NCBI GenBank assembly: GCA_903889595.1
Contig: CAISYI010000099.1
Span: 4,311-68,310 of the forward strand
DNA: 64,000 nt
Origin: an uncultured beta proteobacterium
GTDB lineage: Bacteria > Pseudomonadota > Gammaproteobacteria > Burkholderiales > Burkholderiaceae
Direction of reading: 5' to 3'
Shown: one piece after another, positions 52,028-62,256 of the stretch
How positions within the stretch are numbered: position 1 is the stretch's first letter
How the letters are laid out: every line of letters begins with the position of its first letter
Made by a program: the position numbers and the translations under genes
Notes under the pieces: generated by a model
What the model saw: the letters and a program-made list of their open reading frames with translations, nothing else
What the model was told of the DNA's origin: nothing
Databases searched by the model: none

Positions 52028-53231
52028 CTATAAGTTTAAACGAATGATCAGCCCAGCTATTGTTGTTATAGCCACTTTGGTTTTCTCCTCTGGTTTCTGG
52101 TTGAGTCTTTCCAGAGGTGTCTGTCGCCCTTGATGCGAGAGTGAAACTACCGGAACCTAATAAGGTTTCTAAAGTAAATTGTCTCCAAGCATATTTACCT
52201 AAATCTGGGCCTACAAAACGTGCTTGTTGCCAAGTTCTTCCCCCATTAGTAGATACTTCCACGCCTTTGACGCCGTGTAATCCACCGAAAGCAACACCTT
52301 GGATTTGAACTTTACCAGGCTTAATGGGACCGCTGTCAGTAAATGGAGAGTTAATCCAAGATTTGATATTCATTTCTTGAACTGATGGCTGTGACGGATC
52401 TCCTTTACCCCCCAATGGTGTTATCCGATAGCCGTGAGACATGATCTTGGCATCGCTTTCCTGAGTACTAAAGCTTAACTCTTTAATATATTTAATATTA
52501 TTGACCCCAGCATAACCCGGCACTATAAGTCTTAAAGGGCCGCCATGCGCAAGAGGTATTGGTACACCATTCATTTCCCAAGCTAATAGGGCGTCCTGCA
52601 TTGCAGCGAGTGGAACAGATCGCTCAACAATGATACTTTTCGGGTCAATACCATCTGGCAGTTTTTCTCCACCGGTACCAGTAATAAATTTCATACTTGG
52701 CAGGACACCGCCCAGTGTTTGAGCGACTAATCTCAAGGGAACACCACTCCACATTACACATCCGGCAGCTCCTACAGTCCAAGGAGTCCCACTTGGCTTA
52801 CTTGGGAAGAAGCCACGTCCATTACCAGAACATTGAAGAACCGCTGCGGTCGTTTCTAATCCTAGGCCTTTCAACTCAGCTAAGGTAAATACGCGAGGTT
52901 CTTTAACACCCTTGATACTAATTTCCCATGCATCTCGATTGGCGACGATACTTGGATTTGGGGCGGGCAGATTGTTTCGAATGTAGAGTTGCTCGGATGG
53001 AGTTATGACACTGGTGCCAAAGGCTGTGCGCTTGGTTTCCATCGTTGTTGAACTATGAATAATCAAACTTTTAGGATCTTTCCAAGCTACATAAGGAGGT
53101 AAGGGTTTTATAACTTCGGAAGTGGCTTGGGCAAAAATAGTTTTTTGAAAGCCTGCAATACCCGCAATTGCAACTGAGCTCGCGCTACCTATTAATAAAC
53201 TGCGGCGGCTCGGATTATGGAATTTTTTCAT
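52020..53231 (-). CDS. Sulfite oxidase-family molybdoenzyme (SorA/SorT-like), Tat-exported
   Basis: SRRSLL Tat motif, YIRNN, LQCSGNGR, HGGPLRLIVPGYAG. Confidence 0.88.
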   Translation of the reverse strand: MKKFHNPSRRSLLIGSASSVAIAGIAGFQKTIFAQATSEVIKPLPPYVAWKDPKSLIIHSSTTMETKRTAFGTSVITPSEQLYIRNNLPAPNPSIVANRDAWEISIKGVKEPRVFTLAELKGLGLETTAAVLQCSGNGRGFFPSKPSGTPWTVGAAGCVMWSGVPLRLVAQTLGGVLPSMKFITGTGGEKLPDGIDPKSIIVERSVPLAAMQDALLAWEMNGVPIPLAHGGPLRLIVPGYAGVNNIKYIKELSFSTQESDAKIMSHGYRITPLGGKGDPSQPSVQEMNIKSWINSPFTDSGPIKPGKVQIQGVAFGGLHGVKGVEVSTNGGRTWQQARFVGPDLGKYAWRQFTLETLLGSGSFTLASRATDTSGKTQPETRGENQSGYNNNSWADHSFKLIVA

Positions 53232-53557
53232 AGTTATCTTTCGTTAAGCAGACATTTACTCTAGGAACAGCATCACTTTAAAAACTACATTCTCATTTGA
53301 TTCTGCGAGCTTAGATGAAATACTTTTGTTACAAATAGTATATCTAAAAGTCTTAAATTTAGATAGGTTCTATAACTGAATCTGAGTAATCAAGATATAT
53401 AAGCTAATATTATTTTTTCTGATTGATTCCCAAGGTTCAAGTTAGGTTGACGCATAGTGAGAACTGTTAAGCTTTTTATTGTTTTATAATTGTTAACCAA
53501 AGGATGAGTCGTATATTTTTTAATTTGTCAGAATAAAAGTATCTAAATTTAAAGGGG

Positions 53558-53743
53558 ATGATTTTGAGCAAGATTTCAAATAATGTATGGTGGGGATTTG
53601 TTGGTTTAATACTAATTCTTGGTGGCTTTATGCTTTATGTTCAGGGTAATAGACCGATTATCTTTGGAATTGGAATTTTAGTTATTTTTTATCGTGCGGT
53701 ATCTGCGCATATCGATGACTATGAGTCAAAAATCAGACATTAA
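53558..53743 (+). CDS. Small hypothetical membrane protein
   Basis: AGGGG RBS, two hydrophobic segments. Confidence 0.55.
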   Translation: MILSKISNNVWWGFVGLILILGGFMLYVQGNRPIIFGIGILVIFYRAVSAHIDDYESKIRH

Positions 53744-53769
53744 ACTATTTAGCTGGTAATGAAGGATTA

Positions 53770-54002
53770 GTTTAGTTAGATAAAGTTGGCCTTTACCTAA
53801 ATAATGTTAGTTGGTTTAAAAATCGAAATCTGCTCAATGATGAAGTCTCCCTCATCACAGTTAATTATGTCGAGTGGGAAATATTTTTCACCTATTTAAA
53901 TCGTCAAATTCATCAGATTAAAGTACTTAGCCTATTTAATACAGAAACTAGTTCATCAGTTTTGTAACTTAATTGATAGTCCAACTTTTTGTGGTCTGCT
54001 CA
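53770..54002 (+). mobile_element. Highly decayed IS3-family right end
   Basis: GTCCAACTTTTTGTGGTCTGCTCA (53979-54002) resembles IS3/IS150 IRR; upstream only a faint transposase-tail resemblance. Confidence 0.4.
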
Positions 54003-54097
54003 GAAAGAAGGGGTTTTGTAGCTGTTTCTTTGTTATATGTATCTAAGTAATTACTTGAAGAAGCTCAATCCCAAGACAACTAATCCACTTGAGTCAA

Positions 54098-55294
54098 TTA
54101 TGCCGCTAGGCCCCACCTCATAGCTTGGTTTATTACATCTTGGTAAGAGGTTGTAACATCTAAATCCACCCCCCTATCTAAATCTTTTTCTGTTAATCCA
54201 GGCCAGCGTCCCATGACCTTATTCTTAGGTACGTTACTACCCATGACAAGCGCGAGACTACCATGACCATGATCCGTCCCATAACTGCCATTACTTCTAA
54301 ATCGCCTTCCAAACTCAGTAAGAACAACTAAAGTGTAGTTTTGTTGTTGCGCTTGTAAATCTTCATCAAAGGCTTTCAATGCTTGACTTAACTGACCAAG
54401 AACATTATTCATTCGAACGGGTTGACCTTCATGCATATCCCACCCACCATGATCTACCCATGCATATTGAAGTGGGACATTGGCATTTAAAAGCCTTGCA
54501 ATGGATCTAAGGCCTACACTAGGGTTGTTGTTTGCATAGGGCGTTTTACCTTGAGATTCATAAGGTTTGATTTTTTTAAAATCAACATTGATTGAAGGGT
54601 CTAGAGATTTTTGTATGTTGAATAAAAGGTTTAAGGTTTTTTGGATTGGTGCAGATGCCGGATGACTTTTATCAACGCTAGCTAGCTGAGACAGAATAGC
54701 CAAATTTGTTAATCCACCAGGAAACTGAATACCATTTTGTAGATCTCGAATAGCAATTGCTGGAAGATTTCCTTGCATTGCTCGGGGAAGGTTAGTTCCA
54801 CCGGAAAATAAAAATGAATCGGGATTCATTTTTCCAGAGGCAATGCGTGTCATCATTCCTACAGAATCTGGCAAATGCTGAAGTTCACTGACTCCTCTTT
54901 CAATAATTTCCTGCGCTTCAAAGTGTGACCTTGTACCATTAATAATTCCGGTTGCTGGCCATGGTACTAGTCTTCCTGAGAGCATGAGTTCAGACAGAGA
55001 ACTTGCTTGCGGATGCCAAAATAATTTTGTACCATCCAGTAATACAGGATTTTCAGTTGGTGTAAATAAAAGTTGAGGTGATCTTGCTGCAATAAAATTA
55101 GGGTCCTCAAGTGGGGAGAGGATTCCTAAGCCATCAGCACCACCGCGCAAAAAAACAATGATCAAAGGGCCGTTTTGTTTGATCGATTGAATCTGATCTG
55201 ATTTCTGAGCTACGGCATATCGACTGATACCGCTCAGCAAAACTGACGATACGCCCAATTGAGTGCTTGTATTAATGAAGTCTCGTCTATTCAT
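54098..55294 (-). CDS. DUF1501 protein, Tat-exported
   Basis: MNRRDFI, VFLRGGADGL, RSHFEAQ, GGWDMH, TEFGR, GTDHGHG. Confidence 0.9.
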   Translation of the reverse strand: MNRRDFINTSTQLGVSSVLLSGISRYAVAQKSDQIQSIKQNGPLIIVFLRGGADGLGILSPLEDPNFIAARSPQLLFTPTENPVLLDGTKLFWHPQASSLSELMLSGRLVPWPATGIINGTRSHFEAQEIIERGVSELQHLPDSVGMMTRIASGKMNPDSFLFSGGTNLPRAMQGNLPAIAIRDLQNGIQFPGGLTNLAILSQLASVDKSHPASAPIQKTLNLLFNIQKSLDPSINVDFKKIKPYESQGKTPYANNNPSVGLRSIARLLNANVPLQYAWVDHGGWDMHEGQPVRMNNVLGQLSQALKAFDEDLQAQQQNYTLVVLTEFGRRFRSNGSYGTDHGHGSLALVMGSNVPKNKVMGRWPGLTEKDLDRGVDLDVTTSYQDVINQAMRWGLAA

Positions 55295-55302
55295 ATGAGC
55301 CC

Positions 55303-56772
55303 TTAAATGATCGTTTTCGGTAATACAACTTCAGTTTGAAAAGTAGGTGTACAGGCCAAAAGTCCAATCATTTTACGAACCACTTGGGGATTGTTGGCTT
55401 TTTCGTTAGGGTTAATTTTCCCAAACTTGAAAATTTGATTTCTAAGGTCCAGTCGTTCTTTCCCAAATAGTTTCATTTCCCAAAAGCTCATTAAAACTTC
55501 AAATGATGCATTGGAGCCAATTTCAGAAAAAGGGTCAAACTCCCCCGTTTGCCACCAATTTTCAGCAAGACCTTGTATCAGAGAAATCCTTTCTTTCACA
55601 AAACCTGGTGAAAGAATTTCAACCATACTATCTGGTATCCCATCTGGACTAGGCCAACTATATGGACTAAAGCCTGCTCCTTCGATACCTCTAAGAAATC
55701 CTTCATCATTAAATTTGAATGGTATGTTGGTGAGAGAGATAAATTTGCTCGCCAGACGTATGGGGGCCATGATTTTTTGTTTATTGCTATCTGGTATCAA
55801 TGCAGCCTCTTTAACTAAATGATTAAAAACATTCTTCAGTTGATTGGCATTAGACTTTTGATTTAAAAAAAGTGCAGCAGTACTCTCTATTAATTTTTGG
55901 GGTGGTGTGTCACTAATAAATCGTCTTACTAGTTTTTCTGCAATATGATGAGCTGTTGCAGAGTGAAATGAACAGATATCTAACACTTTTCTACCATCCA
56001 CCATGGAGCCTGAATAGGACGGAAGCTCAATGCCGAGAACTCTTTTTTGATAGTTATCGTGGCGTAACTCTACGTAAGTAAAGTCACCCGTCTCCGGTAG
56101 CTTCTTATTATTTCCAATGTTTGAGCCATCGTTTACTGTCCAGCCAGTAAAAGCTCTTGCAGCTTCATAGACATCCTCGTCTATATATCCTGTGGCCTTT
56201 CCTTCTAATGCTCCAGGTACTTTTTTCCAATCAGAATAGATGCTATTGAAATAGGCATTCTTGCCAAAGGTATGTAGTTCAAATAACTCTCTTGCAAAAT
56301 TTTCATTGGCACTTCCTGCCCTAGATGATCGATTATTCAAGTAATACAACATGGCAGGATGGCTAGCAACCGCCTCTAGCATTTCTCGAAAGTTTCCCCA
56401 AGAGTGTTTACGGATAACTTGTTCTTCCCAGTGAGGTGAAAATGCGCCAACGTTTTGATCATTACCAAAGATAGAAAAATGATCTCTCCAAAAACTAATC
56501 CAAGCCTCTTCCCATGGTTTTGGGGTAATGATATTTCGCATGATGATGCTGACTACTAGCTCTTGACGTGGACGACTTCTCTCCGGATTTGGAATAATGT
56601 CATTTGCACCGGTGTAGGTAAATAAAGTTTGTAAATCTGCGTTTAATAAAGTGAGGGGACGTTTTTCATCGACCGAAGGGTACTCTCTTCCGTCTCTAAA
56701 TTTGCCTGCTTTATATTTAACTTTGATGAAAGTTTCATTTGGGTTAAAAGTTATTTTCACATTATTTTCCAT
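55303..56772 (-). CDS. DUF1800 protein (N-terminus looks shortened)
   Basis: FWRDHF, HPAMLYYLNN, NENFARELFELHTFG, DVYEAARAFTGW, WPSPDG; paired with DUF1501. Confidence 0.88.
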   Translation of the reverse strand: MENNVKITFNPNETFIKVKYKAGKFRDGREYPSVDEKRPLTLLNADLQTLFTYTGANDIIPNPERSRPRQELVVSIIMRNIITPKPWEEAWISFWRDHFSIFGNDQNVGAFSPHWEEQVIRKHSWGNFREMLEAVASHPAMLYYLNNRSSRAGSANENFARELFELHTFGKNAYFNSIYSDWKKVPGALEGKATGYIDEDVYEAARAFTGWTVNDGSNIGNNKKLPETGDFTYVELRHDNYQKRVLGIELPSYSGSMVDGRKVLDICSFHSATAHHIAEKLVRRFISDTPPQKLIESTAALFLNQKSNANQLKNVFNHLVKEAALIPDSNKQKIMAPIRLASKFISLTNIPFKFNDEGFLRGIEGAGFSPYSWPSPDGIPDSMVEILSPGFVKERISLIQGLAENWWQTGEFDPFSEIGSNASFEVLMSFWEMKLFGKERLDLRNQIFKFGKINPNEKANNPQVVRKMIGLLACTPTFQTEVVLPKTII

Positions 56773-56952
56773 TACTTAATCTTAAATCTTAAATTTTAAG
56801 TTTTGTGAGTTATAGCAAACAATTAATTAATTTATTTATATTTTGTAACTTGCATATTTAAATAGGGTGATTACTGATTGCATTTAATGAAGAATAAATT
56901 TAATGTAAACAAGTCTGTTGTATCAAGAATAATAATCTTAAATAAATAAAAT

Positions 56953-57963
56953 ATGAAAACTCTAGTTTACGGAGCGGGGGCAATTGGTAGCTGGTTAACT
57001 GCCGAGTTAACCAAAGCTAATCAAGATGTGTGTGTTTTAGCAAGGGGTGAAAACCTTCAGAATTTACAAGCTAATGGTGTGACCTACGGAGAAATGGGCG
57101 GTGAGCAATTTCAGGTTCCTATTCGCTGCATTTCACCTGAGTCTTCTGAAAAAAACTTCGAAACCATTTTTGTTACGCTGAAGTCTATGCAAATCGCCGA
57201 TGCTTCTGAGGATATCGTTGCTAGACTGGCACCGGGTGGTTCAATTGTGATGATACAAAATGGATTACCCTGGTGGTACTTCAGTGGAATTGACTCGCCC
57301 TGGAGTGGCAGAGCCCTCCAAACTTTAGATCCCGATGGTGCACTTACTAAGAATATTCCAATTGAGGCGATTGTTGGGGCAGTTATTTTCAGACCCGTTA
57401 TTAAGGTCGGTCCTACCCATTACGTTCTTCCCAAAGTTCCTAAGTCTTGGTTATCGATTGGTGAGGTGGACAATCAAATTAGACCAAGGCTATTTGAAAT
57501 CGAAAAACTCGTAACCTCGACAGGATTTGGTGTTCAAGTCGTTCAAGATATTCGAAAAGCAAAATGGCAAAAATTACTCAGAAATATTGTATGGAACACA
57601 CTTTGCACTATTGGGCAATCTCCACCCGGCAGGTATGAGGCTCATCCCTATGGATCTGAAGTCGTTCATCTGATCATGAATGAGAGCTTGGCAGTCGCCA
57701 ATCGACTGGGGATTGATCTAGAAATTAATCCTGCGAGCGAATTATTAAGCGCCAAGGGAGATTTTAAAAATAACCCATCCATGTTCCAAGATATCAAAGC
57801 TGGTCGTCCTCTTGAGAGCGCTGCAATCATCAAAGTAGTAATTGAGATGGGCGAAATTTTAAATATACCAACACCAACTTTACGTATGATTTGCTTATTT
57901 TTAGATGTGTTAGATCAGACGGCACAGGAAGAGGGTGGGGGCATTCGAGTGGTAAGTAAATAA
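56953..57963 (+). CDS. Ketopantoate reductase (PanE/ApbA) family oxidoreductase
   Basis: YGAGAIG, QNGLPWW, KWQKL, SMFQDIKAGRPLE. Confidence 0.88.
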   Translation: MKTLVYGAGAIGSWLTAELTKANQDVCVLARGENLQNLQANGVTYGEMGGEQFQVPIRCISPESSEKNFETIFVTLKSMQIADASEDIVARLAPGGSIVMIQNGLPWWYFSGIDSPWSGRALQTLDPDGALTKNIPIEAIVGAVIFRPVIKVGPTHYVLPKVPKSWLSIGEVDNQIRPRLFEIEKLVTSTGFGVQVVQDIRKAKWQKLLRNIVWNTLCTIGQSPPGRYEAHPYGSEVVHLIMNESLAVANRLGIDLEINPASELLSAKGDFKNNPSMFQDIKAGRPLESAAIIKVVIEMGEILNIPTPTLRMICLFLDVLDQTAQEEGGGIRVVSK

Positions 57964-57992
57964 TCTTTTTTAAAATTTAAAGAGCAATCATC

Positions 57993-58970
57993 ATGAAATT
58001 AATGAATCGATTTTTAATAATACTCTCAGTAATTTGTCTTAATTGTAGTTTGAATATTCCTCTTCAAGCTCAAGAATATCCTAATCGACCCATTAAAATC
58101 GTGATCCCTTATCCTCCCGGAGGACCTTCTGATATTGTGGGCCGTTTACTCGGCCAGGCACTAAGTGAAAGTTTAGGTAAACCAGTCATTATTGAAAGTA
58201 AAGCTGGCGCTGCAGCAAACATTGGTACGCAATATGTTGCTAGGTCTAGCCCCGATGGATATACGCTTTTATTGGTGAGTAGTAATCTTGTAATTAATCC
58301 CAATTTGTATGCTAATCCAGGCTATGACGTCATCAAAGATTTTGCACCCATTATTATGCCTGCGGGTTCACCCAATTTAATCGTGGTCCATCCAAGTTTC
58401 CCAGCTAAAAATATTCAAGAGTTTCTGGCATTAATCAAAGCCAACCCTGGTAAATATGACTTTGCAAGTCCCGGTGGTGGTTCTGGGCCCCACCTCAGTG
58501 CGGAGTTACTTAAATTGAAGTTGAATTTAAATATGTCTCATATTCCATTTAATGGAGGTGGACCTGCACTACAAGCTGTTTTAGGTAATCAAGTACCGAT
58601 TGCTTTTTCTACCTTACCTCCAGCCATGGCACAGGTCAAAGCTGGTAAATTAGTTGGGATAGCTTTTACGAGTGGTTCAAGATCGCCTGCTCTGCCAGAT
58701 ATCCCAACCTTGGTGGAATCTGGAGTTGCTGAAGTTGAAGGGGAAACCTTACAATTTATTGTTGCTCCTGCAGGAACACCCAACGCAATTATTCAGAAAC
58801 TGAATTTGGAATTTAATAAGGCACTTTCGAATCCGGAATTGCAAGCGAAGTTGATTAGTGCTGGTTATTTTGTATATAACAATTCTCCAGAACAAACTGC
58901 CCAGAAAATACGTTTGGAGCTTGATAAGTGGGGAACAGTCATTAAGGCTGGAAAGATTAAACCCGATTAA
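57993..58970 (+). CDS. Bug/TctC family substrate-binding protein
   Basis: YPNRPIKIVIPYPPGGPSD, PDGYTLL, HIPFNGGGPA, LPDIPT. Confidence 0.92.
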   Translation: MKLMNRFLIILSVICLNCSLNIPLQAQEYPNRPIKIVIPYPPGGPSDIVGRLLGQALSESLGKPVIIESKAGAAANIGTQYVARSSPDGYTLLLVSSNLVINPNLYANPGYDVIKDFAPIIMPAGSPNLIVVHPSFPAKNIQEFLALIKANPGKYDFASPGGGSGPHLSAELLKLKLNLNMSHIPFNGGGPALQAVLGNQVPIAFSTLPPAMAQVKAGKLVGIAFTSGSRSPALPDIPTLVESGVAEVEGETLQFIVAPAGTPNAIIQKLNLEFNKALSNPELQAKLISAGYFVYNNSPEQTAQKIRLELDKWGTVIKAGKIKPD

Positions 58971-59043
58971 TAATTTACTGTTCAGTTGACGGCTCAATCC
59001 ACTAAAACCTATTAGTCATATTGGCCTATGCTTTCTTATATAT

Positions 59044-59102
59044 AAAAAAGACTACCATCACTAAGTGCCCACTAAATGTTGGACAGTTCATAAGGTAGTC
59101 TT
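59044..59102. terminator. Inverted repeat between convergent genes (probable terminator with an insertion in its loop)
   Basis: AAGACTACC...GGTAGTCTT arms with an A-tract on the left. Confidence 0.45.
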
Positions 59103-59143
59103 ACTAAAAACCTGCTAACTAAGCATCACTTCATTAAGATCAT

Positions 59144-61237
59144 TTACTCACCAAGTTCTGCAGTCTCTGGAATAACCAATGCATCTAATTTAGCATGTGT
59201 TGGGGTTGTTTTTGACTTTGTACCAGGCATTAACTCGAAGTCGGGTGTAAAGCTTGTGAGTGAATTACGGATGTCGTCAAATGCTTGGCGCTTACCAACA
59301 AACTTGGCTTTACCTTCTTGTATCAGTTGATCAAAGGTTTTAGTGCCACCCATTATCGAGTTTAAATCCGCACGATTTAAGGTAATTGATAAGTCTGGAT
59401 TAGCAGCCTGTTGGCCCTTAATATTTGTAAGAGCAGAATTACTTAATTCCACCACAAATTTTTCACCGTTGTCAGGCGTTTCAAAGTTAATAATCGATTT
59501 TTTACCAGCTACTTTTTTACTATCCATAGAAATCGCTAAAGAATTCAACCATAGTTCTGTTGGCATACCACGGATCAAGTCAGGTCCACTTGCTTTTGGC
59601 GGTGTTCCAGCAGGCATTCCATGACGCAATTCATAAGCTGCACCTAAAAAGCTGTTACGAACGCTAGGGCTCTCTTTTTGATAACCAATTTGTTCAAATA
59701 AGTCGGCAAGTAAATCTTTTGCAGCCGCATTAGTAGGTTGTGCATAAACTAATTTATTGACAATCTCAGTACCTTCTAAGTATTTACCTTGGCTATAAAG
59801 TTGTTTGCCTTTTGCAATAATTTTTGCGCTACCACCCATCATTTCAACATATAAAGGCGCAGAGTCTTTTGGTGAAAGTGGGGTTAAAGTCGTTGGATTA
59901 CCATCCCAGTATCCAATATAGCGGTTGATCACTGCACGACTATTATGTTCCTCTGAGCCATGATAGCTATGAGCAGCCCATTTGCTTTTAAGACTATCTG
60001 GGAGTTTATAGACGTTTTGAATTTCGTTAATTGTGACACCTTGATTCGCATGGTGTAAAACTTCGTTATTCAAGTAGGCGTAAGTATCTCTTTGGGTTCT
60101 CATGATGTCTTGAATACGAGCATTACCAAAGCGTGGCCATGAATGTGAAGCAAACATCACTTCAACATCTGAACCATAACGATAGAGTGCATTATTGATA
60201 TTTTTAGACCAAGCTAGAGCATCTCGCACTAAAGCACCACGAAGGGTATAAATGTTATGAATCGTACCCGTGATGTTTTCAGCAGCCCAAAGCGCTTTCA
60301 TATCAGGAAAGTAGGTATTCATTTCAGCTGGAGCCTCAGTACCTGGAGTGTTTTGGAATTCCATACGAACACCATCAATTGTCATTTCTTCAAAAGATTT
60401 TGTGATGTATTTAGTTGGCTCAATTAAACCTAAATTGCCAGCAGCTGTGTTTTTACCAATGGACTGGTCTACGTGACCAAATGGGCTTCTTGGTAGTAAA
60501 ACACCGTATTGAAAAAACATACGACGCGTCATTGCATTACCTGCATAGACGTTTTCAGCAACAGCAGCTTCCATAAATCCTACAGGAGCGATAATTTGCA
60601 CTTTGCCAGATTTAACGTCAGCTTCATCAGCAACGCCGCGAACACCACCGAAGTGATCGCCGTGTGAATGAGAGTAAACAACCGCAACTACAGGACGCTT
60701 ACCGAGTTTTTCATTAATGAAATCGAGTGCTGCTTTTGCAGTTTCTTTTGCAGTTAGTGGATCAAAAACAATCCATCCTGTATCAGTTTTAACAAAACTA
60801 ATATTAGCTAAGTCAAAGCCACGAACTTGATATATTTTTCCGGGAAGAACTTCATACAATCCAAAAGCCATATTCAGAATAGCTTGACGTTGTAGAGAAG
60901 GGTGGATACTTTCAAAGGTTTTACCCTGTAGTAAAAAATCATAACTACCCATATCCCAGGCCACATTACCCGCTTCGGCTTTAATTTGTTTGTATGAAGG
61001 CGCAGCAATAAATCCTTTTTTCGCCTCATCAAAATCTGTAGTATCTTCAAATGGTAGTGATTTACGAGCTATTTCTTGAAGTTTAATAGTGTAAGTCGAT
61101 GGATATTTGCCTTTAGCATCAAAGTGCTTACCTGTCATTGCTCCAGGATCAGCAACAATCGCTCCTCCACCTGCAGCATAAGCTGAGTTGATGGAAAGAC
61201 ATAAAACTAAACAAGCCAAAAGTTTTAATTTCTTCAT
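59144..61237 (-). CDS. Secreted alkyl/aryl sulfatase (SdsA1/YjcS type: MBL + dimerisation + SCP2 domains)
   Basis: IYQVRGFDLAN, YSHSHGDHFGG, TPGTEAPAEM, HNIYTLRGA, SHSWP. Confidence 0.92.
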   Translation of the reverse strand: MKKLKLLACLVLCLSINSAYAAGGGAIVADPGAMTGKHFDAKGKYPSTYTIKLQEIARKSLPFEDTTDFDEAKKGFIAAPSYKQIKAEAGNVAWDMGSYDFLLQGKTFESIHPSLQRQAILNMAFGLYEVLPGKIYQVRGFDLANISFVKTDTGWIVFDPLTAKETAKAALDFINEKLGKRPVVAVVYSHSHGDHFGGVRGVADEADVKSGKVQIIAPVGFMEAAVAENVYAGNAMTRRMFFQYGVLLPRSPFGHVDQSIGKNTAAGNLGLIEPTKYITKSFEEMTIDGVRMEFQNTPGTEAPAEMNTYFPDMKALWAAENITGTIHNIYTLRGALVRDALAWSKNINNALYRYGSDVEVMFASHSWPRFGNARIQDIMRTQRDTYAYLNNEVLHHANQGVTINEIQNVYKLPDSLKSKWAAHSYHGSEEHNSRAVINRYIGYWDGNPTTLTPLSPKDSAPLYVEMMGGSAKIIAKGKQLYSQGKYLEGTEIVNKLVYAQPTNAAAKDLLADLFEQIGYQKESPSVRNSFLGAAYELRHGMPAGTPPKASGPDLIRGMPTELWLNSLAISMDSKKVAGKKSIINFETPDNGEKFVVELSNSALTNIKGQQAANPDLSITLNRADLNSIMGGTKTFDQLIQEGKAKFVGKRQAFDDIRNSLTSFTPDFELMPGTKSKTTPTHAKLDALVIPETAELGE

Positions 61238-61354
61238 TTATATTCCATTATTAATAAGTTAGGAGATTTTTGTTGAATTGATTATTTTTATAATTTTTCT
61301 GAGTATAACATTGACAAATAATAGTAAAAAAACTGAAAATCGTAGCCAATAAGC

Positions 61355-61386
61355 CAAAAGACAAAAGACAAAAGACAAAAGACAAA
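61355..61386. repeat. Tandem heptamer repeat (CAAAAGA)x4 plus a partial copy
   Basis: Perfect copies start at 61355, 61362, 61369, 61376. Confidence 0.9.
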
Positions 61387-61718
61387 CATTAAACTTGCTC
61401 CTATAAAATAGCTCCTTACTTAAAAAGTAGTAGATCTGTGTTTCGATGTGGAGATTAAAAAAGTAAGTAATAAATTCCACGATGCCAGATCAATAAAGCT
61501 AAGCACGGAATGTTTTGCTTTTGGGTTCTTACTTAAAATTCTTCTAAGATTAGCCAGTAATTCTTTAATCGCACAAGAGTTATATAGGTGGGGATATTCC
61601 CTACTTGGCGTTTATAAATGAAATGGTTATTGTATGGATTGGATCTCAAATTTAGCAAATTGATCAATAGTAATAGAAACTTTATGCGAGATGAATCACA
61701 TAATTAGGGAGAACTTAA

Positions 61719-62102
61719 ATGAAAAGATTATTAATCTCATGCCTATTAATTGGCATTGGTGGTTTAGCTATTGCTCAACAAGCAGGATTTAAAAGAACGC
61801 TCTTGCAAACTCAAGATTTAAGTATCCCAGAAAAAGTGGTCGTACAAGCTGTCGCTGAATTTGAACCAGGTGTTGCTGCCGGCCGTCATACTCATCCCGG
61901 AGAGGAGATGGGATATGTTTTGGAAGGTCAAATAGAAATTAAAATTGATGGGCAGCCTCCAAAAATGATTCAAGCTGGTCAAACTTTTTTTATTCCTAAC
62001 GGGTTAGTGCATGACGGGGTTAATGCTAGCTCAGGAAAATTGAAGGTATTAGCCACTTATGTTGTTGAAAAGGGTAAGCCAGTAGCTACTCCAGTTAAAT
62101 AG
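61719..62102 (+). CDS. Secreted cupin domain protein
   Basis: Signal peptide, GRHTHPGEE, IPNGLVH, VEKGKP. Confidence 0.88.
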   Translation: MKRLLISCLLIGIGGLAIAQQAGFKRTLLQTQDLSIPEKVVVQAVAEFEPGVAAGRHTHPGEEMGYVLEGQIEIKIDGQPPKMIQAGQTFFIPNGLVHDGVNASSGKLKVLATYVVEKGKPVATPVK

Positions 62103-62256
62103 TTCGCCATAGATTTAAAGTTTTAACTGTTTAGGCTCATATTATTGAGTTCTCAGTAATTCACATTGGTGATTCAAGATAGCGCATGTGCTTGAAATTT
62201 AATTAAACATTTGGCATATGATGTGGTTATGTCTACTAATTCAATTTAATAAAATA

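Noticed and set aside
46304-58970. Three Bug/TctC genes without tctA/tctB
   Set aside because: Orphan Bug expansion is normal in Burkholderiales, so not novel
61259-61480. 73-aa ORF upstream of the sulfatase
   Set aside because: Low-complexity translation of AT-rich promoter DNA and the heptamer repeat
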